From positions 13,662,567 to 13,726,566 of the forward strand of contig CM120644.1 of NCBI GenBank assembly GCA_051362555.1: DNA of 64,000 bases, given 5' to 3'. The position numbers and the translations under genes were made by a program. Every line of letters starts with the position of its first letter. The first letter of the stretch is position 1. Origin of the DNA: Lingula anatina. Lineage: Eukaryota > Animalia > Brachiopoda. The notes below the pieces were generated by a model. That model saw only the letters and a list, made by a program, of their open reading frames with translations. It was not told where the DNA came from and made no database searches. Positions 13,572-22,152 of the stretch are shown piece after piece.

Positions 13572-14874
13572 CATCTTTTTTTTTGCGTTTTATGGATTTG
13601 AATTATCATTTTCCAAACAAACCAAGATCTTCTTACACATCACCGATGATATGGTGTAAGGAACTACACCATTTGGCCAGCGGCGTCCTAAATCTCTGAC
13701 TCCTTTCCTTTTCTTGCGGGCACGTTCCCCTTCATAGTTACCGTCCTTGTCCAACAATCTTAAGATATAAAAAAGGACTTAATCAGCGGAGGATATAAAG
13801 GCCCTTTGTCTTGCCATTTAATATAGCAATTTGCTGTCAAAAAAGAAAATCGCTTTTTTTGCATGTGAAGCATATCATTTCGATCCTAATGGTAGATAAA
13901 ACTGCTTTACTCACTTTACAGACAAATTACTTTTTCCATTAATTCACACCACTTTGGTATTTTGATAACGTTTTCCTTGTTTCGTTTTCTTACGGAAAAA
14001 AGAAAAAGCTGTAATATCTGCTGGTGTGTAAAGTGGTGGAGAAAGTAATTTAGATATTAATTTCTCCAGTCTGAATATCATGATATGACAGCCCATTCTA
14101 TGACCATAACTTTGCTTCTGACAAGATATCATAAAAATCACTCCTTATACTATATATACGCGACTTATTAAATTATATTGTCCTCCGGTACGATTAGCTT
14201 ACTTACCCAAACTCCTCCTCCCTGGCTCTTTCGAGAGCTTGAAAATCCTCTTTAAGCATTAATATATCCAGTTCACGTAGAACAACGCTGTCATCTTGTA
14301 TGGTCTCCAATGCTCTACCTAGTAAAATGCGAAAACGAAAGTAACAATTAAATCGAAATATTCTTAAGGTTGTAATTGACACCTTGACGGGATACATCTA
14401 AGATTTGTACAAAGTAGACAATGTAGAATATACTTTGTTCGTTATTTGAAAAGCACGCTATGAAATTTTACATACTGAAGTTGGTGAAAAATATAGATAA
14501 AAAAGTTGATAGTTACTTTTGTTTGCTGCAATCTTGATTAGTTGATCCATTGTCGCTGCGTGTGACACTTCTAAAAGCTGAAATATTTCGCAAAGGTATG
14601 TTTGAATAAGCATAATATTGCTCTTAACGATGTAAAAAGATGCACTGTGAGGCAAAATTACACACATCGCATAACTTTTTTGTTTTTTTTCTTTCCTTTT
14701 TTCTTTTTGGGCACGTAAGGTAGTGAGAAGCGGTCCGTTAAAGTTTCCATTAACATTTTGGTTCATAAATAAGCTGGAAGTTAAGCCAGTTTCACTACTT
14801 ACCCATACTGCACAAACTGCCGCTGTCAGTGCTGCTGCTACAAATCTCGACGATACAAACTGCGCGTTTCTCAT
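3798..14874 (-). CDS. Secreted astacin-family (M12A) zinc metalloendopeptidase with Gly/Thr linker and 3 C-terminal ShK domains, 12 coding exons, 486 aa
   Basis: Exons joined by hand with GT-AG sites and consistent phases: 14874-14803, 14577-14517, 14318-14207, 13758-13637, 13144-13027, 12343-12274, 5881-5678, 5547-5421, 5127-4921, 4725-4597, 4219-4097, 3913-3798 (1461 nt including TAA). Signal peptide MRNAQ...AVWLLEVSHA; propeptide TMDQ...ELDI; furin site RARKKR; WPNGVVPY; GCSSFVG; zinc motif [19 protein letters not shown]; Met-turn SVMHY; (TGGG)8 linker; three ShK repeats (C.D....C..WA.RGEC..NP.YM...C...C..C). Candidate ATTAAA poly(A) signal at 3735-3730. Confidence 0.93.
6083..6503 (-). 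repeat. 3' LTR of the BEL/Pao element
   Basis: 421-bp direct repeat of 11737-12157. Confidence 0.95.
6644..11725 (-). CDS. BEL/Pao Gag-Pol polyprotein (1693 aa): Gag, 3 Cys/His knuckles, aspartic protease, RT, RNase H, integrase
   Basis: Gag [11 protein letters not shown]; knuckles [42 protein letters not shown]; protease ALLDSGS; RT KLRIVFD...ADIECMY...FYIDD; RNase [21 protein letters not shown]; integrase H..H/C..C, GVDLFGP, SDNATN, GVWERM; C-terminal FWKRW..EYL / WPLAIV. Domain order PR-RT-RH-IN. Confidence 0.97.
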   Translation of the reverse strand: MASEELVHVRRARKGAVTKAIGHIERAVACEDARAVEIALDRLTDTFQQFEASHDAYHAELEDNQLDESEEWFRAVEVRYIEGMKLGKSFLNNTSNVPKEDKLSTDTETKLFNYLSIPKADLEPFNGDPKEYHNFCALFDELVGNKIESGQVKLTRLIQFTSGAAKKAIKNCIIIGGESGYQAARAILKDRFGNDHLVARHLIENLTSGGSISSPTELQSLADELQMTQLTLERLKMSNEIDNQNSILRIVKRCKGHVGDRWRKHALKIKNDDNRYPTFKEFTVFMMKYAADACDPVYGECSLYGRVKVNPSVSLASMTGPSASDDMDVPPCVVCKQSHGLFQCDMFKSKEPQMRLDIVRRNKLCYNCLRAGHFASQCRKKSVCSVPGCGMKHSKFVHVSVKTDLTPPIASHTCTQTESRSVNLPIVAVKINGDRSALALLDSGSTSTFISEKLVSELSLRSTGHVKCQLSTIDDVKGINSAVVSFNVSPQDDNSVAYPIYNAIVVPSIRVRANRFVETERYPHLADLSFSDYSDKSSADLVIGMDNAHLIMPLEVRHDETGKSNMYAARCVLGWSLNGPSFLMSDTADVSANFVSIEEKVENLWKMEAGNDDFSISQDDRKVLSLWEDTVSKENDHYVLPIPWTEGVPNFPDNFSVALHRLKGLERRLRKDDMFNRYDENMRKLLSEGYAEKVPEKEIDWRNESVWYIPHHCVTNPSKPDKLRIVFDCACKCQGISLNDQCLQGPDLTNTLIGILLRFRQFRYAIMADIECMYYQVIVPEKDRNALRFLWWENDSLVHYRMRVHLFGGKWAGSASCFALRRTVQDHDVTDLVRGTVQRNFYIDDMLKSVKTKEDALEVIVDVKRALRDGGFKLTKFVVNDSELLDVIAHEDRAVEVKELTHGVHAKALGMMWEVDLDVFHYTFKINKGQEITRRNMLSVVASMYDPLGLIVPVVLHGKLLFQEATRLKLDWDDSIPHELSVAWIDWIQSLEELKDLKFMRCVIPEECSAGVSELHVFCDASQHAFGACAYVRSVNPDGKIHVALLASKGRLAPLKQVTIPRLELSACVTAVQLDSLVRRELDLDLMHTTYWSDSKVALGYISNESRRFKTFVANRVSLIRENSDPSQWRHVPGNVNPADVLSRGCNSCDIPKTWREGPEFLKDHKSNWPAFEMVDISDDALIATCEFTDLSEVDDAADAGAIRESILDRLFQQFSSYYRLCKAVAWLLRFRDFLHTKVVKRGQIRATELKEAELCIIKVVQKTAYSGEIRDLLKTGRVSKSSAIYKLSPIMRDGVLVVDSRLVHSFMECKQPPILPKDHVVSDLIVREFHGDAHLGTEWTLSNIRRKFWIVGCRSIVKKVGKRCVVCKRLYSSPMIQKMADLPDVRCQSGGPPFDVVGVDLFGPLKVKVGRAVAKRYGCVFTCFKTRAVHIEVLDSLETDSFINGFIRFVARRGYPSKVYSDNATNLVGADAEMARCLRQMDKAKVISEARRKGIDWVFNPPHASHFGGVWERMIRTIRKILMALLASPSSRSLSDYVLQTVMCECECIINGRPITRSSDDAFDLNALTPNHLLAIRGIHSLPWGDFHTADTYRKLWRHAQYIVSQFWKRWTNEYLPLLQSRSKWQYAKENLKVGDLVLIVDASMPRGLWPLAIVESVKIGRDGLVRSASVRTNSSTFVRPISKLVLLEGDV
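11737..12157 (-). repeat. 5' LTR of the BEL/Pao element
   Basis: 421-bp direct repeat of 6083-6503. Minus strand has Inr-like TCAGTT (A at 11822) followed by AATAAA (~11786-11781). Confidence 0.95.
12431..12656. mobile_element. PIF/Harbinger-type MITE, family A (astacin intron 5)
   Basis: Imperfect TIRs (ccatttccatag...agatcgatcta / tagatcgatct...ctctgggaaa) flanked by TTA/TTA. Reverse-complement homolog at 47122-47335. Confidence 0.7.
13521..13571. repeat. (TTA)n microsatellite
   Basis: Perfect tta run; it is the source of the spurious poly-Y and poly-L ORFs. Confidence 0.95.
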
Positions 14875-14888
14875 ACTGCTGTTTTTTT

Positions 14889-14923
14889 ACTAACGACTTA
14901 CCGGTTCTGAAATCTCTTTTATA
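14889..14923 (-). promoter_or_regulatory. Candidate TATA + Inr core promoter of the astacin gene
   Basis: TATAAAAG at 14923-14916 on the minus strand; Inr-like TTAGT with its A at 14891 (32 nt downstream); ATG at 14874. Confidence 0.5.
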
Positions 14924-17866
14924 CATTTCGGCTGATAGCCCATTGCGATTTACCGCTTCACTTTATCTAAACTACCGTATTTCCGGGTCTTATTTAGTTC
15001 ACTGATTATTTAGCTTTTTCACACAGTATCATTTGCTTGATGAGTGATTTAATTGAAATAATCTGGTAGTTTATTGAGTCAGATTTATAGCGCAATTTTT
15101 TATACAAAGCTTATAGTGCTCAAACATTGGGATGAACCAACAGGGAAACAAATACGTTTATCGGCCTTGGTCATCGGTTTAGTCATACAGGTAAAGCACA
15201 CATGTAAACAAAAATTTAGACTGACCATAACGGAATGGTCAAGCTCTGGGGCTTAACTGTGTCACAGTAAATGGGTCATTGTGAGTAAATTCTGACGTCA
15301 ATCGGGAGCAGACGAGATTCATATCAATGATTTGACAAGGGATGTGGTCTGAGCCAAGGGATGTGGTCCGAACTCTCCCCCAGACAAGGGGTTGTCTGCT
15401 TCGTAACACTTCGGCCTCTAATTGATAAAAACACTTACGGAATAAAATGGAATCTGAGACAGACGTGGGCTATTAATATATTACTCAGTTTCATGAACGG
15501 GATAAAGTACAAACCCGCTGTAATGACATCAGATACGTCACCGTGGTCAGCGTTCACTTATTAAGTTTATTTTTTTTCCACGGTGTTTTTCCGCATATAC
15601 TGTGATAAGTTACAGAGTGCATGTTGCCAAACGGGATATACGTAATGTACAGCCTTTTGACACTTGGTCACGGTCAGGTTGTTTAGTTTCAGAAATTTTG
15701 TATCTAGGCAGGTACTGTATTTGAGCATTGTTTTCTCTGTGTTAGAATACCTTGACAAAGTTTTGTCTATTACTGAATGACTATCTGAAATCGAAATTGA
15801 GAAGGGGTTTAAGGGAGGGATGTAAGGCACATTAGTAAACTGTGTGGCGTACAGCTACCTAAACATTGACAGTGGCGTTTTATTATGAAACGTGTTTCTA
15901 CAGTGAATGTCGAGTAACGGTAATATGGGGGGGGGTTTCTTCTTTTTCTAAACCTATTGTGAAAAAAAAGTGATACATCTAACTTTTTGTGTAATAATGC
16001 AAACATTTTCCGATTCATGCGTTGCTAGTATGGAAAGTTTTCGTATTCAGTAGAGATGGTTAAAAAAAAAACACTTCGGATAATATTTCCACGTTATTCA
16101 TACTTACAAAAATTAGACTTAGGGGTTACGAGATATACATTTATTTTAATGGCACATTTTGACCTCAACTTCAAGTATATTTTTCACAATGCCTGTTTAC
16201 GAAAGTTTTGCAAATTACTGTCAATGAGAATGCAGTTACGTCTAAAAAAAATAACTGTGTCCTGTCATCATATCGTCTTAATATTCTTTAAATAGCTAAA
16301 ACATTAAAAAAAACATCAAACAACTAAAAATAATGGCCTGTGGCAAAAGACCGCACGTTTTTTATTTTATTTTATTTTTATTTTTTTTTTTTTTTACAAT
16401 TTTTAAGAGCCAGGTGACACCGCGAATGAAGCGGTGATCTATTCATTCTGTTAGTTTTAAACATAAACATGGGCATTTTCTGAAACATCATTCTCGCTTC
16501 TTGATTAGTACATTAGATTGGAGAGTGTGAGATGGCGCTGCGAGCAACATTTAAATGGTTTAAATTCTAGTCCGTTTATGTTTTTTTTTTTTTTTTTTTT
16601 TTTTTTTTTGTTAGAACAGATAAAGTTATTTATTTTACTTTTATTTATTTATTTATTTATTTTACTTTTATTTATTTATTTATTTATTTATTTGCAGTGG
16701 TTTTTAAAAGTTGTAAAACTGATGTAAGTAAAATTCAACTCGAACAAACAAATTTCCGCTTGTTAATTCTTAAAATAATTTTTTTTAAATGCTAAATGGA
16801 CCTATAAATTGAGAAATAGTGTGAGTTCTCGTGGCATGCGAAGAAGTCCCAAGTTCGATTTTCGAGCAGTGTCGACCACCTCAATTAAAAAAAACACAAA
16901 TGGAGCTGTTACGTGCCTGGCCATGAAAACATTGATAATGAGAAATTTACCGATTAGCCTGTAAGCTCTAGTGTTCGATAACTTAGGTTGTGTGATCGCC
17001 AAGGAGATGTAAAAGTAGGCCAGTGACCACTCACCTTATAACAATGTTAAAACGCATATTAAAAAGGGCAGTTTTCAACTAAGGTTTGAGGAGATAGAGT
17101 AAACGTAGAAATGAGAAATATTTAATTTCAATTCTTATTTAATTGTCTTATTCATTATTTTTTCCTTTTTTCTCTCTACTCTGACATTAGAGTACTGATA
17201 ACCCAAAGCCATGAATAAAGACGTCCGTTGTCAATTATTTACTATAGCAGTAGTATATGCAAAACTATTCTGGTTTCTGCTGCCTGGTATAACTCAATCA
17301 GGATTTTTCACATGACACACTGTTTTTTTCTTTCGTTTCGTAAAATCACACAAACTCGCTTTTCATTTATCAGAATAACAACTCAGTTGATTACAAAATA
17401 TGTTTGAGAGTACTGAGGTGGCTGTATATGCTAAGTCCAGTGTACTTTCAACTGACTCACTACAGTACATTACAATCAAAACAATCATGCTCCCCCAGGC
17501 TGCCTCGAAACTGCAGTCACTCTACGCCCTATTATCTATAGTTGCCTTCGAGAAGTGAGTAGTTCACGGCTACCCGTACCAGTTTAACGGACATCGGGCC
17601 TATCATAATTTTGGGGAGAAGGTAAGTTGCTTAGAAATTGTCATAAAATTTGGCCGTTTAATTTGGAAATCACTGCTTAGTACTTATTACTCTTATTATA
17701 AAATAAAATAATAAACAGAATAATCAAATAAACATTAGTTAATAAAATATGTTTTTTAAAAAGATTTTATAATCAAGTATGGGAATCACTATCAAACGCC
17801 CCCCCCCCCCCCCCCCATGAAAACGTTGACCAGGAACGCCACCATGTGACTTTCTATCACTGAAGG

Positions 17867-17901
17867 TATAAAAGCGCGAAATTTTGAAATTGTGTTCATT
17901 C
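17867..17901 (+). promoter_or_regulatory. Candidate TATA + Inr Pol II core promoter upstream of the cassette array
   Basis: TATAAAAG at 17867 and Inr consensus TCATTC with its A at 17898, i.e. canonical -31 spacing. Confidence 0.55.
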
Positions 17902-18249
17902 AACGCAGACAGATCAGGAGTAACAAGAAGGATGCCGTGTACTGCGCCCCGTATCAAGCAAAAAGGACAAAGGAGTCGACTCACATTTTTCCAGATCTTT
18001 GCAAGTCAACGTATCGCTCATCGACATGTCGATTCTTGCACACGCAGACGTCTGGACGGTGGATTCGACGTTTCTCTAAGCTGGCCAGCTAAAGTCTTCG
18101 CTTTTCTCCACGAGGAATCGTCGCACAGGAATCTTCGCAGGAAACTTCGTCGCCTTCTTCTGTTGTGGGCTATTATTGTAGTGTCGTTGCATGTATATTT
18201 CTATGCATTTCAGGTTTCTTCTTATTACAGGTCCAGGAAGCAGAGGGCT

Positions 18250-21200
18250 GACATAGGTAGGAAAAGTCATTAATCCGTTTTTCTTTCTGTTAACAGAACT
18301 CGATCATGGCTATTCTCAATAGAGCTTCCAATGACAACTGCAAGGAGAAGAGGACCACATCTACGCTTCAGCGACTACGATCAATCCTTGGTGCCAGAGA
18401 GTTCCGCCACGGTCTGTCTACGAGGTGGCTGCATTGTGAGAGCTTCAAGCGATTCCGGCCATGGTCCGTCTACGAGGTGGCTGCATTGGGGAAGCGTCCA
18501 AGGTATGTAGTGTTTAACTAAAATGGAAAAACCTAAAATGTAAGCCTGACCGCAAAGTGCTGACATAGGTAGAAAAAGACATTAATCTGTTTTTCTTTCT
18601 GTTAACAGAACTCGATCATGGTGATTCTCGATAGAGCTTCCACTGACAACTGCAAGGAGAAGAGGGCCACATCTACGCTTCATCGACTACGATCACTCCT
18701 TGGTGCCAGCGAGTCCTGCCATGGTCTGTCTATGAAGTGGCTGCATTGGGGAAGGGTCCATGGTATGTGGTGTTTACCTAAAGTAAAAAAAAAAAAACTA
18801 AATGTAAGCCTGACCGCAAAGTGCTGACATAGGTTGGAAAAGTCATTAATCCGTTTTTCTTTCTGTTAACAGAACTCGATCATGGCGATTCTCGATAGAG
18901 CTTCCACTGACAACTGCAAGGAGAAGAGGGCCACATCTACGCTTCAGCGACTACGATCCCTTGGTGCCAGAGAGTTGCGCCACGGTCCGTCTACGAGGTG
19001 GCTGCATTGGAAGAGCGTCCAGCGCGTCCTGCCATGGTCTGTCTTCGAGGTGGCTGCATTGGGGAAGCGTCCAAGGTATGTAGTGTTTTACTGAAATGGA
19101 AAAATCTTAAATGTAAGCCTGACCGCAAAGTGCTGACATAGGTTGGAAAAGACATTAATCCGTTTTTCTTTCTGTTAACAGAACTCGATCATGGCGATTC
19201 TCGATAGAGCTTCCACTGACAACTGCAAGGAGAAGAGGACCACATCTACGCTTCAGCGACTACGATCAATCCTTGGTGCCAGAGAGTTCCGCCACGGTCT
19301 GTCTACGAGGTGGCTGCATTGTGAGAGCTTCAAGCGATTCCGGCCATGGTCCGTCTACGAGGTGGCTGCATTGGGGAAGCGTCCAAGGTATGTAGTGTTT
19401 AACTAAAATGGAAAAACCTAAAATGTAAGCCTGACCGCAAAGTGCTGACATAGGTTGGAAAAGACATTAATCCGTTTTTCTTTCTGTTAACAGAACTCGA
19501 TCATGGCGATTCTCGATAGAGCTTCCACTGACAACTGCAAGGAGAAGAGGGCCACATCTACGCCTCAGCTACTCCGATCACTCCTTGGTGCCAGCGAGTC
19601 CTGCCATGGTCTGTCTACGAGGTGGCTGCATTGGGGAAGCATCCAAAGTATGTGGTGTTTAACCATAATGAAAAAAACTTAAATATAAGCCTGAGTGCAA
19701 AGTGCTGACATAGGTTGGAAAAGTCATTAATCCGTTTTTCTTTCTGTTAACAGAACTCGATCATGGCGATTCTCGATAGAGCTTCCACTGACAACTGCAA
19801 GGAGAAGAGGGCCACATCTACGCCTCAGCTACTCCGATCCCTTGGTGCCAGAGAGTCCTGCATGGTCTGTCTACGAGGTGGCTGCATTGGGGAAGCGCCC
19901 ACGGCATGTGGTGTTTCACTGAGATGAGAGGTAAGCCTGGTTGCAGAGTGCTTTCATAGGTTGAATAAGTCATTAATCTGTTTTTCTTTCTGTTAACAGA
20001 ACTCGGTTATGGCGATTCTCGAGAGAGCTCCGACTACAGGAAGGAGAAGAGGACTACATCTATGCTTCAGCGACTCAATCATTGGTGCCAGAGAGTCCAT
20101 CCATGGTCCGTCTACGAGATGGCTGCATTCAGGAAGCGTCCAGCGAGTCCCGCCATGGTCCGTCTACGAGTTGGCTGCACAGGAGAAGCGTCCAGCGCGT
20201 CCTGCCAAGGTCCGTCTACGAGGTGGCTGCATTGGGGAAGCGACTAAGGTATATAGTGTTTAACTGAAATGGGAAAACCTTAAATGTAAGCCTGACCGCA
20301 AAGTGCTGACATAGGTAGAAAAAGACATTAATCCGTTTTTTTTTTTTCTGTTAACAGAACTCGATCATGGCGATTCTCGATAGAGCTTCCACTGACAACT
20401 GCAAGGAGAAGAGGGCCACATCTTCGCTTCAGCGACTCCGATCCCTCGGTGCCAGAGAGTTCCGCCACGGTCTGTCTACGAGGTGGCTGAATTGGGAGAG
20501 CGTCCAGCAATTCCTACCATGGTCCGTCTACGAGGTGGCTGCATTGGGGAAGCGTCCAAGGTATGTAGTGTTTAACTGAAATGGAAAAATCTTAAAAGTA
20601 AGCCTGATCGCAAAGTGCTGACATAGGTAGAAAAAGACATTAATCCGTTTTTCTTTCTGTTAACAGAACTCGATCATGGCGATTCTCGATAGAGCTTCCA
20701 CTGACAACTGCAAGGAGAAGAGGGCCACATCTACGCTTCAGCGACTCCGATCCCTTGGTACCAGAGTTCCGCCACGGTCCGTCTACGAGGTGGCTGCATT
20801 GGAAGAGCGTCCAGCACGTCCTACCATGGTCTGTCTTCGAGGTGGCTGAATTGGGGAAGCGACCATGGCATGTGGTGTTTCACTGAGATGAAAGGTAAGC
20901 CTGACTGCAGATTACTTACATAGGTTGGAGAAGTCATTAATCCGTTTTCTTTCTGTTAACAGAACTGTGATTGCGATTCTCTTGAGAGCTCCGACTACAA
21001 GAAGGGGATGAGGACCACATCTATGCTTCAGCGACTCCGATCAATCATTGGTGCCAGAGAGTCCCGCCATGGTCCGTCTACGAGGTGGCTGCATTGGAGG
21101 AGCATCCAGCGAATCCCGCCACGGTCCGTCTACGAGTTGGCTGCTTTGGAGGAGCGTCCAGCGAATCCCGCCATGGTCCGTCTACGAGGTGGCTGCATTG

Positions 21201-21775
21201 GAGGAGAGTCCAGCGAATCCCGCCACGGTCCGTCTACGAGTTGGCTGCTTTGGAGGAGCGCTCAGCGAATCCCGCCATGGTCCGTCTTCGAGGTGGCTGC
21301 ATTGGAGGAGCGTCCAGCGAGTCCCGCCATGGTCCGTCTACGAGGTGGCTGCATTGGAGGAGCGTCCAGGGAGTCTCGGCTTGGTCCGTCTACGAGGTGG
21401 CTGCATTGGAGGAGAGTCCAGCGAATCCCGCCACGGTCCGTCTACGAGTTAGCTGCTTTGGAGGAGCGTCCAGCGAATCCCGCCATGGTCCGTCTACGAG
21501 GTGGCTGCATTGGAGGAGCGTCCAGCGAATCCCGCCATGGTCCGTCTACGAGGTGGCTGCATTGGAGGAGCGTCCAGCGAGCCTCGGCTTGGTCCGTCTA
21601 CGAGGTGGCTGCATTGGAGGAGCGTCCAGCGAGTCTCGGCTTGGTCCGTCTACGAGGTGGCTGCATTGGAGGAGCGTCCAGCGAGTCCCGCCATGGTCCC
21701 CCTACGAGGTGGGTGCAATGGAGGAACGTCCAAGGTATGTGATGTTTAACTGAGATGGAAAACCCTAAAAGTAAT
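18250..21775 (+). repeat. Tandem array of 10 exon-intron-like cassettes (~250-360 bp; last one ~800 bp) with a variable number of 52-bp subunits
   Basis: Each unit has acceptor ttttctttctgttaacag|AACT (exon starts 18297, 18609, 18873, 19182, 19494, 19754, 20000, 20358, 20667, 20963) and donor |gtatgt (gtatat in unit 7; gcatgt in units 6 and 9), separated by ~95-110-nt AT-rich spacers. Exon is about 102 + n x 52 bp. Confidence 0.9.
21066..21734 (+). repeat. 52-bp GC-rich minisatellite (~13 copies) inside the last cassette
   Basis: Unit ccatggtccgtctacgaggtggctgcattggaggagcgtccagcgaatcccg. The consensus has no stop codon in any plus-strand frame. Confidence 0.92.
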
Positions 21776-22002
21776 CCGTGTTATTTTGGAGAGAAATAGA
21801 GGAAATTAATTTTTTCAGTTGCTGTCTTTTCCCTAAACTTTTCATCTTATTGGCCATTCGGACCTCAACTTTCTCAAAAACTACTGGTCTGAGTCATGAT
21901 TTAATGGTCCGAATACAAATCTTAAAAAAACTGCACTGGATTGCATTTTATATTATTATTATTAAAAATATGGTTAGTAATTGGAAAGTGTTACCGTTTT
22001 AG

Positions 22003-22152
22003 AGAAAAGAAAAGATGAGACCCTGGAAAATCGCAACGTGAAAACAAAGCAAGAAGTGCTGTGACCTAATAGTGCTGGGTTTGCCTTATAAGAGCACAGA
22101 CGATGACTTGAAGACTTATTTCTCACAGTTTGGTGAAGTCATCATGGCACAG
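22003..22152 (+). pseudogene. TARDBP: Isolated, frameshifted TDP-43 exon (NLS + start of RRM1)
   Basis: ttttag| [15 protein letters not shown] [frameshift; this frame runs into TGA] [34 protein letters not shown] |gtac. From recall, TDP-43 reads KRKMDE...[33 protein letters not shown], with a phase-1 start and a Q|V phase-0 end like vertebrate exon 3. No other clear TDP-43 exons were found in the window. Confidence 0.85.

Noticed and set aside
18503-18608. Intron-encoded C/D snoRNA in each cassette intron
   Set aside because: CTGA motifs are present, but there is no RTGATGA C box or terminal stem; CTGAC is better explained as a branch-point-like motif.
18250-21775. CRISPR-like array or prokaryotic system
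   Set aside because: The sequence between repeats is itself repeated rather than unique spacers, there are no cas genes, and the context is intron-containing eukaryotic DNA.
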